The notes below the pieces were generated by a model. That model searched no databases and was not told the DNA's origin. It saw only the letters and a list, made by a program, of their open reading frames with translations. DNA of 64,000 nt from Eledone cirrhosa. Its lineage: Eukaryota. The DNA is taken from contig OZ024740.1 in the NCBI GenBank assembly GCA_964016885.1, positions 89,404,001-89,468,000 on the forward strand. The letters run 5' to 3'. Position numbers and translations under genes: made by a program. This document shows positions 1-14,413 of the stretch, in pieces. Position 1 is the first letter of the stretch. The number at the start of each line of letters is the position of its first letter.

Positions 1-1690
1 TATCTCCAGCCTGTGTTGGCTGGCCATTGATTAAAGAGGGTGTTCGCTTGTGCCCTTAGGTTACCTTCGTACCGTGCTGTGGGCTCATCTGCGTTCTTGG
101 AAAGCAGTGTGTCAAGATGTTTCTTGAAAGTATCAACGTTCATGCAGATCTCTCGTATTTCTTGGGAGTTTGTTGACGATGTGAGGCCTTTGAATCCAAG
201 GCTATGGTAATATCTGCTCCTTATTCTAGATGTGAAAGACGGGACCTTTGGCACCACATAGTGACGTACTGTTCGGTGGTAACGGAACCTTTGGCCACCC
301 ATAGTCACGTACTGTTCGGTGGTTGGTCCAGCTCTGAATGCCAAAGTTTGGTGCCAGTCGCTCCAAGATTTTCCATATGTATATCACTGCGTATCTCTCC
401 CATCTTCACACCACAGAATATAGTTTTAGTTCTTTTAGCTTCTCCTATTAGCTCATATCCTTCATCGTGCCAATCCTCTTGGTGTAGCTTCATTGGGTTG
501 CCTGAAGCTCCGTGGTTAGTTTGATACTATAGGCTGACCACAGTTGGGAGCAGTGGTCCAGTCGGCTTAAGCCAAATATCCTCCTTAGTATCAACATGGT
601 CTCTCAGTCTCTTGTCCGGAAAGTGCTCAAGATCCAACCAACGAGTCGTCTGCACATTATCACCACCCTTGTGATATATGAGGAAAAAGATGCATCATCG
701 CTCATGTCTGTTCCCAGGTCTCGTGTCGATTTTGACACGGGGATTTCGATCCCTCCTCGTCTGGTTTACCTGAGTTGTACTATGTTAGCAGGTTCGTATT
801 GTAGGGACTCAAATTTTCTAGCATTAAACTACATGCTGTTGTCGTCAGCCCATTTGTATATGACATCCAGATCTTGTTGTAAAGTGGCAAAACAGTAGAA
901 GTCCCAGGAGTGTGCCCAGGAGCACCCAACTTGTTATTGATGTTTCCTTTGAGAGGGCCCCATTGGCATCAACCGTCTCGCTTCTGTCTTTTAAGAAATC
1001 ATGCAGCAATTCAGCTACATTTCTAATGATGCCGAGTCTGTGTGGTTTGTGACATATCATCCTTTGTTAAATATTGTCAAAGGCCTTCGCAAAGTCATGA
1101 TATATCACGTCCACATGTGATCTGTCCAGCAGTTGTTTCAGTACCCACTTACAGTGTTGTAACAGCTGTGTAAGGCAGCTTCCTTCTGGGCGAAACCCAT
1201 GCTGCGTGTTAGGCGGTCATTTTCTTCGAGGAATGTGATCAGTTTCTTTCTGATGATTTGTTCCCTGAATTTGCTGATATCTGACGTCAGGGAGACTGGC
1301 CTGTAGGTGTTGGCCTTAGCTCTTCTTCCTGCTTTATGGAAAGGGCATATCATGCCTTCTTTTAGCTCTCTGGGTAGTTTACCGCTAGAAAAAGAACTTC
1401 TAAATAGGATCTTCAGTGGTTTTCCTAGTGCACATTTATCTCTTTTTAGGAGGTCGTCCATCAGGTCCAGCAGCTGAGTTTTTTTCTAATTTCTTCTATT
1501 GCGGATATCACAACCTCTTCCGTTATGTGTATGATGGCCGCCATTTCTTCGTGGTGTATTGTGGCATCAAATAAATCCTCTGGGTTTGTCATTTTCATGT
1601 GCCTCAATGGGGGTGTAAACATACTTTTCTACTGTTTATTCAGTATTTCACTTATTCCTTGGGGATCCTCGGTAATGAACCATTTTTATG
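1..1690 (-). mobile_element. Decayed CR1/L2-group LINE, reverse transcriptase (RT) and 3' region
   Basis: Minus-strand fragments KPLKILFRSSFSSGKLP...NTYRPVSLTS (1138-1461), VDVIYHDFAKAFD (about 1075-1115) and an ADD motif near 840-850, with many stops and frameshifts. Confidence 0.8.
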
Positions 1691-1741
1691 TGATTTTTAA
1701 ATAATATACGTATGCATCAGTTCCAATAGGATATTAAGTAA

Positions 1742-1816
<75 letters not shown>

Positions 1817-3061
1817 CTGTGTGTGTGTGCGTGTGTGTGTGTGTGTGTGTCTATAACACACACACAAGTATAGACATGTATATGAGGGAGACAAATCATT
1901 ACCAGCTTTGCTCATTGAAGGAATAAAAAAGAATCAATTACACACAGCATAATGAAATTATAATTAGGAATAGTAATCAAGATGAGAAAAATTTACCTGT
2001 TTACTTCAATGTGCAGACTGCAGTTTTCCTGAGTAATCGCAGTATGAGTATTTAAAAATATCTTATTTCATCACAGAACTTGTCAATCAAAAACAAACTT
2101 ATTCGAAGTCATAACGGATAATTTTGATGAATTTCTTCTTGTTTGTGAAGTTCCCTAATTAGCTGCGATCTCTCACAGTGCTCAAAATTGCGATTACTCG
2201 GGGAAAGTGCACTCGGAACATCAAAGTTAATAGGAATTTTTTTCTTATCTTATTTACTTTTCCCAAATATTATTTCATATATAATGCATTAGTACCTGGA
2301 CTAAGGCATTATATAACAAATTATATGTTATATGTAGAAAGGATCAAATTCTCTACCAATAGGAAATAATTTATCTCACTATTTAACTTACTAGCGCGCA
2401 CGCCACTTTCCATTAAATTGGTTTCTTAATGATACTAGCTTAATTAAAATATTTAGTGAGAAGAAAATCAATGGAGTGTTTTTTGGTCTTAACCTTCGTT
2501 TAAGGATATGTGGATTTGTGTGTATTAAACAAGGAGGATACTGGGTGATTCAATTGATGAAATGGTAAGTACTTTAACGATTTGCATATGTTAATCTGTC
2601 GATACAATAATTACATAGATTTCATAGCTTTGGCTGGGTTGTTGTATTACGTCTGCGTATGCTCAAAGTGAATTTGTTGAGTAAACTGTAAACAACAATA
2701 TCGAACTTACCGGATATGGATGAAAGTCCTTAATAATATTATTACCAAGAATACCTAACGGTATGTCTTCATACACTCTTTATTTTCGAATTTTCTTTAC
2801 TTGTCTACTTTAATTTCTGTAACTCGTTTGTGATTATGTCTCTAAGTTTGTACTCCTAATAAAGGGCTAAGTCGTTAAACTAATAAGACTATTTGTACCA
2901 CTGTTTGCAGTCTCATATATATATATATACATACGTACAAACACGCACACACACACTTATATATATATATATATATATATATACTATCCTGGAGCTTCCA
3001 ACAGTACTGGTTGCATTTTTAAGGAAATGTCAATACTTATTTATAAAACTGATCTATATTG

Positions 3062-3126
3062 TATTTTGTCTGATGAAATCACATCATAATTTAACGTGGT
3101 GTCCTTGAAATATGTATTATAAAATA
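3062..3126 (+). ncRNA. Type I hammerhead ribozyme motif (family A)
   Basis: TATTTTGT-CTGATGA(3070)-stem II ACATCAT/GTGGTGT-GAAA(3107)-near-palindromic stem III ATATGTAT-T-ATAAAATA. Stem I is 8 bp with one G-U pair. Cleavage triplet AUU. Confidence 0.65.
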
Positions 3127-3165
3127 AATATGGTTTTATAAATATAGTTTCCATTTGTTAATATC

Positions 3166-3221
<56 letters not shown>

Positions 3222-3273
3222 CTGTGTGTGTGTGTGTATTTAAAAAAATAGAGGTATGACACACGAGTTGTGA

Positions 3274-5453
<2,180 letters not shown>

Positions 5454-5459
5454 ATAGTA

Positions 5460-5600
5460 ATAATAATACATTTGAAGACTAAAATGCAAAGAGGGCTCGC
5501 TAGGGGATAAATATATATCAAATATATAAGAACCGTAGAGCAAATATTTATTAAAATAACAGATTAAAGTTTAAGCAAAGCATCGCTGCTTTCACCGTTA
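5460..5600 (-). repeat. Fragment of family D Penelope-like pLTR
   Basis: Reverse complement matches 26685-26825 and 52565-52710. It is truncated inside hammerhead stem II. Confidence 0.75.
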
Positions 5601-5716
5601 GGTATGTTTTGAAACAGCGAGCAAGTTTTAAATTAGAAAAAAGAAGCTTTCACCGTATTTTTTGACTAAAGAAATTTCAGCTTGATAGCCTGATGCTTAA
5701 AAAAATCAAATAATAC

Positions 5717-5774
<58 letters not shown>

Positions 5775-6610
5775 GAGGAAGAAGAAAAAGAAGGGAAGAA
5801 GACGCACGAGGTGGTAGAACGTCACGAAATTGCTCCCGTAAGTTTTTTTATTTTTAACATATTTAAATCAATTGTGAAAGAACAATGCTTAGCACAAATG
5901 TTGCATAAAGGCACCGAATGAGGTCCCATAAAGTTTCGGATCCATATTATATTGTTGTATCGCTCAAATATTCAATTCTGTATTATATATTTTGTATTCA
6001 AAAAAAGAAAATGGTTATAAATGGAACAAAACACCCTCTGTCTACACTATATATAACAGCAGCAATTTCAATTTCACCAACACCAGAAACTTGATACACT
6101 ACCTATCCCATCACACTAAATACAACAGCCAGATAACGGCAATTTCACCAGCATCATAATAATAATTACTATTATTATTGTCTCAAATTTAAAAAAAATG
6201 TTTAATTCAAATTTTACGGGAATATGTCAACACAAAATATAATAAAAATATATATTAAACATACGAACACAAACTTATAGATACTATATCAGTAACCACA
6301 ACACCACCGCTGCCACCACTCCACCACATCCATCATCGCCGCCACCACTCATTCAATGCTACTGATACTATTCCCCTGTTAACTTGAGAGAGAAAAGGGA
6401 AGGTGGCGGTAGCACTAGACAAGAGAGAGGCTAGCAAAAGATATAAATAGATTGACTTGGTGACCTTGCCACGGCCAAACGTCTACATCAACAATTATGG
6501 GACTGCTGGCTCACCCCTTCCTCACCAACAATATAAAAAGCCCCGGCACCACCACCGACATAGCCAACAACAATAACAGCCAACTACAACAAAAAGTATA
6601 TTATATTATT

Positions 6611-6660
6611 GTAATGCACTGGGTGATTGCTGGCCTTGTGCCTGGAGTGGAGACAATTAT
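6611..6660 (+). mobile_element. 3' fragment of cephalopod tRNA-derived SINE
   Basis: gtaatgcactgggtgattgctggccttgtgcc...gacaattat matches the 3' end of the SINE at 59441-59628. Confidence 0.65.
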
Positions 6661-6744
6661 TATTAATAATTTCATTCTTAAGCCACGCAATGCTCACATT
6701 AAGGAACCACTCATGATAATAACAATTTAAAAAAAACAACAAAA

Positions 6745-9700
6745 AGAAAACCCCGTGACCAAGAAATACCGGGATGGCGGCCGGTGGGGAATAGCCATGT
6801 CTCTAGGGGAGAACGACCCCTCTAGTCTTGGTTGACACTCGTTCTAGAAGTGGTAACACGAAATGATTACCCCTTGGCGGATAAGGATAAAACGCGACAA
6901 AATAAAGTAAATGTCTAATGATAAAATCTCATACCGGATCGGCCGTCACCCGGGTAAAAAAGGGCCGCGTCCCTCAGAGAGGAACCAGACTGGGGTCGAA
7001 AAATCAGCTAATGGTTCAAACCTTCCCATCACTTCGGAGCTGGAGACCTCCCATAACCGGAATACTCCTACTGTTGGCCCTCCATGCTCACCACCAAGAA
7101 ATCCAAAGAAAAAGACAGAAAAATGGTCAAGGGAAGATAATAAAGAAGTCCTTGAGGCTTTCTACACTGCCATGTACTACCCATCAAATACATCGAATAC
7201 AGAACAAACATATATCAACTGGAAAAAGAAACATCCCGAAAACAGAGTCTATATTGACAGTAACAAACTAGCCAATATACGAAGAAATATTGTAAGGAAA
7301 ATGTTACTAACTGATATAGAAATTGATCAGATCAAGCTAGTAGCACAAAGTCAGCGAAGGGAAAATGAAGCATGTGTCAGTGAAAACGAGGTAAACTGTA
7401 ACACTTCGAATCCCAGGGTTGGGGCGGAATCACTGGCAACAGAACAAATTAAAGAAAGGATCGAAAAAGTGGAGGGAGTGCATGCTCAGGATGAAACTCC
7501 AAATGAAAATAATGAGATCGTAAATGATAAAGAAATGAATGAGAATGAACTTGCCAACTTGAAGGATGAAATTATGATCGAATGGATGAAAATGAAAGAA
7601 TCTGACATGGGGCAACGAGACACCCTCCCTAAGATCCAGAACTCCAAACAGAACCAAAAGATAATACACAAGACTAACATAATTCTCAAAAACATTATCA
7701 TCACAAACAAACTAAACATTACTGACTTAAATCATCTCTATTATGCATCGGCTAAAGTCACCACTCACTTATGTGGAGTGAAGATGAAAAAACAAAGGAA
7801 TTCCCACAAGAAATCTACTTGGCAAGATAACATCAATCGCCAAATAAACCTTCTCCGATCTGACATAGAAATTTTAACAAACTATAAAGTAGGTGAACAT
7901 GTTAAACAAACTAAACTTAGAAAATTGAAAAAAAAGTACAGTATAAGATCAACATGTGACATAGACATGCTGATAGAAACAATCAAGCAAAAAGTGTCGG
8001 CCAAAGCTGCTCGTATAAGGCGCTTTGAAAAACGATCTAGATTCTATAAGGACAATAATATGTTCAAAAACAACCAAAGAAACTTCTACAGAAAAATTGG
8101 TAAGTCAACAATAACTGCTAAATCAATACCACCCAAGGAGGAAGTGCAAGAATTCTGGGAAAAGATCTGGGCCGAAGAAAAAGTTCATAACATACATGCC
8201 CCATGGATAGACAGACAAAAGAAAGAAACAGCTCACCTTGAAGAACAAACATGGGAAAATATAACAGTTGAACAGCTGCGCTTGGCTCTAAGAAAAACCA
8301 GCAAATGGAAATCCCCAGGAAAAGACGAAATACAAAACTTTTGGATAAATGCCTTCACAGAGTCTCATGAGCTGTTAGCCCAACTTTACAATGAAATAGT
8401 TAAGTAGCCAGAAAAGATACCATCATGGCTTGTTAACGGCATTACATTCCTGCTACCGAAGAATGATGAGACAAACAATCCCAAAAATTACAGACCGATA
8501 ACCTGCTTGACCACAATGTATACAATTTTAACATCAGTCCTAACTGAATACACATATGACCACCTGATAACAAATGACCTATTTCCCATTGAGCAGAAAG
8601 GGTGTAAACGAGGCTCATATGGCTATAAGGATCAACTTCTGGTTAACAAAATGATACTGGAAGATTGTCATAATAGACACAAACATCTATCGATTGCTTG
8701 GATAGATTATAAAAAAGCATTCGATAGTTTGCCACACAGTTGATTGAAAAATGTTTAGAGATTTTCAAAATATCCCCCGTTGTCAGGAGGTTTTTGTCAT
8801 TCAGTATGAGGACATGGAGAACGACACTCCTTTTGAATAGTGAAACAAAATCTCTGGAAGCTGGAGAAGTTAACATTAATTGTGGAATTTTTCAGGGTGA
8901 CTCATTATCACCGCTTTTATTCTGCATCGCACTTATACCATTAAGTAAAATGCTCAATGAAACAAAACATGGATATAGAGTCTATGACAAAACCATTAAT
9001 CACCTGTTCTACATGGATGACCTGAAACTATTTGCAAAAAATGATGAACAATTGCAAGGGCTATTATCCACTGTGAAGCAGTTCAGTGATGACATTAAAA
9101 TGGAGTTTGGACTGGATAAATGCGCCAAAGCAACGTTCACCAGAGGAAAGCTGCTGAGGAGTTCAGACATTAATCTTGATCGGGGGAACGTGATAAGAGA
9201 GCTTGATCAAGAAAAAACTTACAAATATCTAGGTGTTTGTGAAGGAGACGGAATCAAGCACTCGACAATGAGGGAAAGGATAAGGAAGGAATGTTACCGC
9301 AGAGTCAGAGCAATCTTAAGAACGGAATTGAATGCAAGGAATAGGATCGATGCCATAAACACGCTTGCCATACCAGTAGTAACCTACAGTTACAATGTCA
9401 TCAACTGGTCAAAAACAGAGATCCGTAGGCTCGATACAAAAATCCGAAAATTCTTATCCATGCACAGAATGCATCACCCTAAGGCAGACATAGATAGAAT
9501 ATATCTCCCTAGGAAAGAAGGAGGACGTGGGTTAATCCAGTTAGACATTGCGTTGAAAACTGCAACAATTGGATTATCCACATATCTAAGGGAATCACAT
9601 GATTGGATGATCAAACTCGTTTTGAAACACGAAAGCACCAAAATATCATATTCCATTACAAAAGATGCACAAAGATACAGTAATGGACTACAAATTTCAG

Positions 9701-10706
9701 AAGTCCCATTTACTGCTGAAATGGAAAACACAGAAAAAGCAAAGCAGGTAAAAGTAACTGCAAAGAAAGAACTGCAACAGAAACTGGCTAAGAAATGGCA
9801 AGAGAAGCCTCTGTATGGAAAATACCCAGAGCGAGCTAACAATCCTGATGTTGACAAAACTTTAACCCATCAGTGGTTGGCAACCTCTGGACTGAAATCG
9901 GAGACTGAAGGACTGATTATATCGGCACAAGATCAGTGTCTGCCAACAAAAAATTACCAAGCCAACATAATAAAAAATGGGTGCAGCCCATTATGCCGTG
10001 TATGCAAAAAACAACCAGAGACCATTGACCATATAATTTCAATGTGCAGTCCTATAGCTCCAACCGAATACCTAAACAGGCATGACAGAGCTGCACAATA
10101 CATACATTGGATAATGTGTAAGCATTTTGACCTGCCCCATCAAAAGAATTGGTGGGAGCATCAACCACCTCCCATACTTGAAAAAGATCACATCTCAATC
10201 TTCTGGAACTTTAGCATCCAAACAGACCGAAAAATAGATGCAAATAGACCTGATATAATATTGAAGGACTTTCAAAGGAGGGTATGACTGCTAATTGATA
10301 TGTCTGTTCCAATAGACAAGAATGTATCTATAAAAACATTTGAACAATTGAGCAAGTATAAGGACCTGGAGATAGAAATTGGAAAAATGTGGAAATTGAG
10401 AACTAAAACAATACCAGTGGTTGTAGGCGCTCTGGGAATGATACCTAAGGGGTCTAACGACTACTTATCGCAAATCCCAGGAAACCCGCGTATAGGAGAA
10501 ATACAAAAGATAGTACTAATGGGAACTGCCCATATACTAAGGAAGATCCTGTCAATATAAGTACATCACAACTCTAAACACTAAGGATGCATGTGTGAAT
10601 ATGTATGTTTTTTCTTGAACATGGCGGACCTTGTTGTCTCTTGAGGTCACTGGTTGTGACTTGGTGATAACTCGTATAAACATAAAGCAAGATAAATGCA
10701 AACAAA
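6745..10706 (+). mobile_element. Near full-length R4/Dong-clade non-LTR retrotransposon (RT plus restriction-like endonuclease)
   Basis: Single long disrupted ORF 6911-10560, GC-rich structured 5' UTR, and a 3' end running into (TAA)n at 10707-10757. Confidence 0.9.
6911..10560 (+). pseudogene. R4/Dong ORF (RT, CCHC zinc knuckle, PD-(D/E)xK endonuclease) with two stops and one frameshift
   Basis: Motifs NYRPITCL, IDYKKAFDS, GIFQGDSLSPLLF, YMDDLKL, CRVCKKQPETIDHIISMC and RPDIILKD...IDMSVP...KYKDL. TAG at 8405, 1-bp loss near 8742, TGA at 10285. Confidence 0.9.
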
Positions 10707-10757
<51 letters not shown>

Positions 10758-10759
<2 letters not shown>

Positions 10760-12804
10760 TTTCTTTATTAACCACAAGGGTGTACATAAAGTAGACATTA
10801 AGGACAGTGCAGGACAATGCAGGACGGTACAAATGGGCATTTCTGCGTGTAAAAAACAAAAACAGAGGATGTAACAAAAAATAACAATGAAAAATTCCCC
10901 AATAGGGGGCAGACTTCGGTGGGACATTTGTGGAGAAAGCCCAGTAAAAAGCCACAATGACCCTGACCACCAAGGCAAGTGCCCTCTCCCAGTTTTCCAC
11001 CTTTAATTTACAGATATATACTCAGAGTAGGCCCATTCACTCGGGCCATTCTTGCTTCTCTCACCCATCTTTCAACAAAATGCTGGGAAGAGAGCACTTC
11101 CCTCTCTACTCTGATTTTCCTTTTCAAATGAAATTTGAAAAAGTCAATCGGAGCATCACCGAAGAGGTAAGTGCTCGTCTTCAGCCCTTTCAAACGTGTC
11201 CACCATACTATCTCTTTCACCATGGCCACCAGGCAGATAAAAACTGCCTGCCCTTCCCGGCTAAAGGAGGAGGGCGGGGCAATCCTCACGATGGATTCAG
11301 ATGATAGCCGGATCCGTCCTAAACGCGACAGCAGGTGTTCGACATAAACCCACAAGTCAGCAATTTTCGGACACTGGACGAGTGCGTGCAGGACGGTTTC
11401 GTCGCCCTGCGCGCATCTCGGACATGCCCGGCTGACGGCACCTCCATGCCTGTAGAGTTTATCCCGAACTGGCAAGGCTCCTCGGTAGCACTGCCAGGCC
11501 AGAGATTTCTGGAAGTTGTCCATAGGCCCTGGCCCGAAAGTTCATCCGAAGAGATTGGCTAGTTGATTTTCGTGGACGCCTAGAGTTTCTCCAAGTACGT
11601 CGTCGCTCTTCCCCTCCACTAATCCCCTATAGAACGCCAAGGTGGAGTTTCCACCGATCACATTGCCCGATTGGTCGAGGGCTGTGAGCGCCTGAAAACA
11701 TTCCAGTCTCCAGGCGCTCCCTCTCGGTCTTCGCTTGTCCCAGGACTGCAGCTCCGTCAAGGAAACGAGCGGGGAAAAATGCGTCTAGCAAACGGCGACC
11801 ACACCTGATCACCGTCGAGGAAGAGGTGGAGATGTCGTAGCCTGAGCGCGTGCCTGCGCATCATCAGCCACGGCATGCCCAGCCCTCCACGTAGCGGGTG
11901 TTGACAACAGATGGACCGCCTGACCATCGGAGTACGTCCCTTCCACAAAAAGCGAAAGAGCAAACGCTCCAGCGCAGTCAGGCGAGGCTTAGGACAAGGT
12001 ACGACGGTCAGGCGGTAGCAGATGACAGACGCGATGTACGCGTTAGCCACCTCCGCTCGACCTTTCAGGGATAGCTTCCTCTCCGCCCATTTCTGGGTGA
12101 GAGAAGCCACCCTGCTCGTCACCTCGTCCCAGTTTTTGTCCGTCTGGAGGTCCGGACCGAACCAGACCCCTAGCAATTTAACCGGTCCGTCCGTCCAGCG
12201 CCCGACGACGCTGTTGGACGGCATGGACCTGCCTCTCCAGGTGCCGAGCTGCAGGCCCACTGACTTTTCCTGGTTGATCATTGCTCCTGTCACCGCTTCG
12301 TATTCTCTTAGTGTAGTGCCGATCGCCTCGATGTGTTTGGCGTTCGACACCACTACGGTGACATCGTCCGCATATGCTGACACGGATCTTCCGCATCCTA
12401 GTTCGCGCGGGACTCCCCTCAACGTCTCCAGTTTGTACAGTAATGGCTCGAGAGTCAATACGTACAAGAGGGACGAGAGGGGACATCCTTGGCGGACCGA
12501 GCGCATGATGTTGAACGGTTCCGACAGGTGACCGTTCACTCTCACCACAGAGCAGATGTCGCTGTGCATGGCAGCGATCCAGCCTCTGAAGACGGGCCCA
12601 AAGCTAGCCGCCCTCAGGACTGCCGCTAGGTAACGATGGTCGACCCTATCGAAAGCTTTCGACAGATCTAAATTGATCAAGGACCCACCCGTGCCAGGTT
12701 CCTTAGCTACCCTCTCTATGATGTATCGCATGAGGTGGAGGTTGTCGTGGATGGATCTGTCGGGAATGGCGCATGTCTGCGCCTCTCCCACCAGACCACC
12801 AACG
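10758..12804 (-). mobile_element. 5'-truncated Tx1/L1-clade LINE (copy 1)
   Basis: Motifs DLSKAFDRVDH, SVRQGCPLS, AYADD and CPRCAQGDETVLHALVQC. Nearly identical to 14412-16455. Both ends lie in (TAA)n. Confidence 0.9.
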
Positions 12805-12829
12805 AGAATAATAATAATAATAATAATAA

Positions 12830-14349
12830 TACTTCATGGACGATCTTAAGCTCTTCGGGAAAAGTGAGAAGGAGTTGGATGTGCTTGTTGACACTGTCCG
12901 TATTTTCAGCAGTGATATATGTATGCAGTTTGGTATTGGTAAATGTGGAGTCATTGTGATGAAGATTGGTAGGTTGAGCAGAAGTAACGGGATCCAGATA
13001 CCAACAGGTGAGATGATAAAGGAAATTGACTCTGAGGAAGGATAGAAGTATTTGGGCATTCTGGAGGCTGATGGCATAAAGAACAAAAAAATGAAGGAAT
13101 TGTTAAGAACTGAATACATTCGGAGAGTAAGGAGCGTATTTAAGTCACATCTGAACAGCAGAAATGCCATAAGCGCAGTAAATTCCCGAGCTGTGTCTAT
13201 TATTAGGTACAGTGCGGGAAATCTGAGATGGAATGTTGCTGAACAAAAAGAAATGGATAGGAAGACTAGAAAGCTATTGACTATCTACAACATGTTCCAT
13301 AAGAGGAGTGATGTCGATAGACTCTACCTAAGGAGGTCTGAGGGTGGAAGAGGTCTTATCAGCATAGAGGACTGTGTTCAGATGGAGAAAAACAACCTAT
13401 ACAAATACGTGACCTATAGTAAGGAGCCAATGCTCAGAACTGTACTGAAGGAGGAGACAGTAGGCCAGGGGATGTCCAAGGAGGAAATAACATCAAGGAG
13501 GAAGAGCAGCCTTAAGGGAAAATCCCTTCATAGTACCTTCTTTGAGAAAACTGAATTTAGAGATCCACATACATGGAACTGGTTGAGAAGAGGAGACCTC
13601 AAAAAGGCTACAGAAGGAATGCTAATGGCTGCGCAGGAGCAGGCCCTCAAAACGAAGTGGTTGAAGCACCATATCTACAAGGAGGAGGCTAGCCCACTGT
13701 GCAGGATCTGTGGAGAGAGAGAGAGGAGACTGTGGCTCACATTGTGTCCGAGTGTAAACACCTAGCCCAGACCCACTATAAGGGCTGGAGACACGATGTG
13801 ATGGGCAGGGTGATCCACTGGCACCTGTGCAAAGTAAACAATTTACCACATTCTGAGAAATGGTATGAGCATAGGCCAGAGGCGGTGATGGAGAACAATC
13901 AGGTGAAGGTGCTGTGGGATTTTAGGATACAGACGGACAAAAAACTGGAACACAATAGACATGACCTGGTGGTTGTGGACAAAGAAAAAAGATCGTGTCT
14001 GATTGTGGATGTGGCCTGCCCGTTCGACACGAGAGTGCAAGAGAAGGAGAGGGAGAAAATTAACCGATACCAGGACCTAAAGTGGGTGGTGAAAAGGATT
14101 TGGAACTGCCATGAAGTCAAAGTGATTCCGATTGTCATAGGCGCACTGGGGACTATCTCCAAATGTTTCCAGGGATGGTTAAAGAAAATCGGCCCCTTCA
14201 CGCTTTTTGGAACGCTTCAAAGGGCATGTTTGCTTGGAACAGCAAGAACCCTCCGATACGTCCTGAATATCTGAGGCTGCAGGTAGTGGCTTGATATTCA
14301 ATCCAACGGACTTTCTAGTTAACCAACATCAATGACTGAGATTCAAGGA
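12830..14349 (+). mobile_element. 5'-truncated second R4/Dong-clade element (different family)
   Basis: Starts at YFMDDLKLF directly after (TAA)n. Contains CRICGE...HIVSEC and HDLVVVD...VDVACP...RYQDL. Ends in (TAA)n at 14350-14411. Confidence 0.88.
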
Positions 14350-14375
14350 ATAACAACAATAATAATAATAATAAT

Positions 14376-14411
<36 letters not shown>

Positions 14412-14413
<2 letters not shown>

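Noticed and set aside
258-323. 23-bp direct repeat with a spacer (CRISPR-like look)
   Set aside because: Only two copies, inside a decayed LINE, in a eukaryotic context with no cas genes.
1990-2035. Possible minus-strand micro-exon (AG...GTAAAT)
   Set aside because: Splice-like dinucleotides only, with no homology or neighbouring exons to support it.
10285-10287. TGA in the Dong ORF as possible selenocysteine or readthrough
   Set aside because: The same copy has a TAG and a frameshift, so ordinary decay is simpler.
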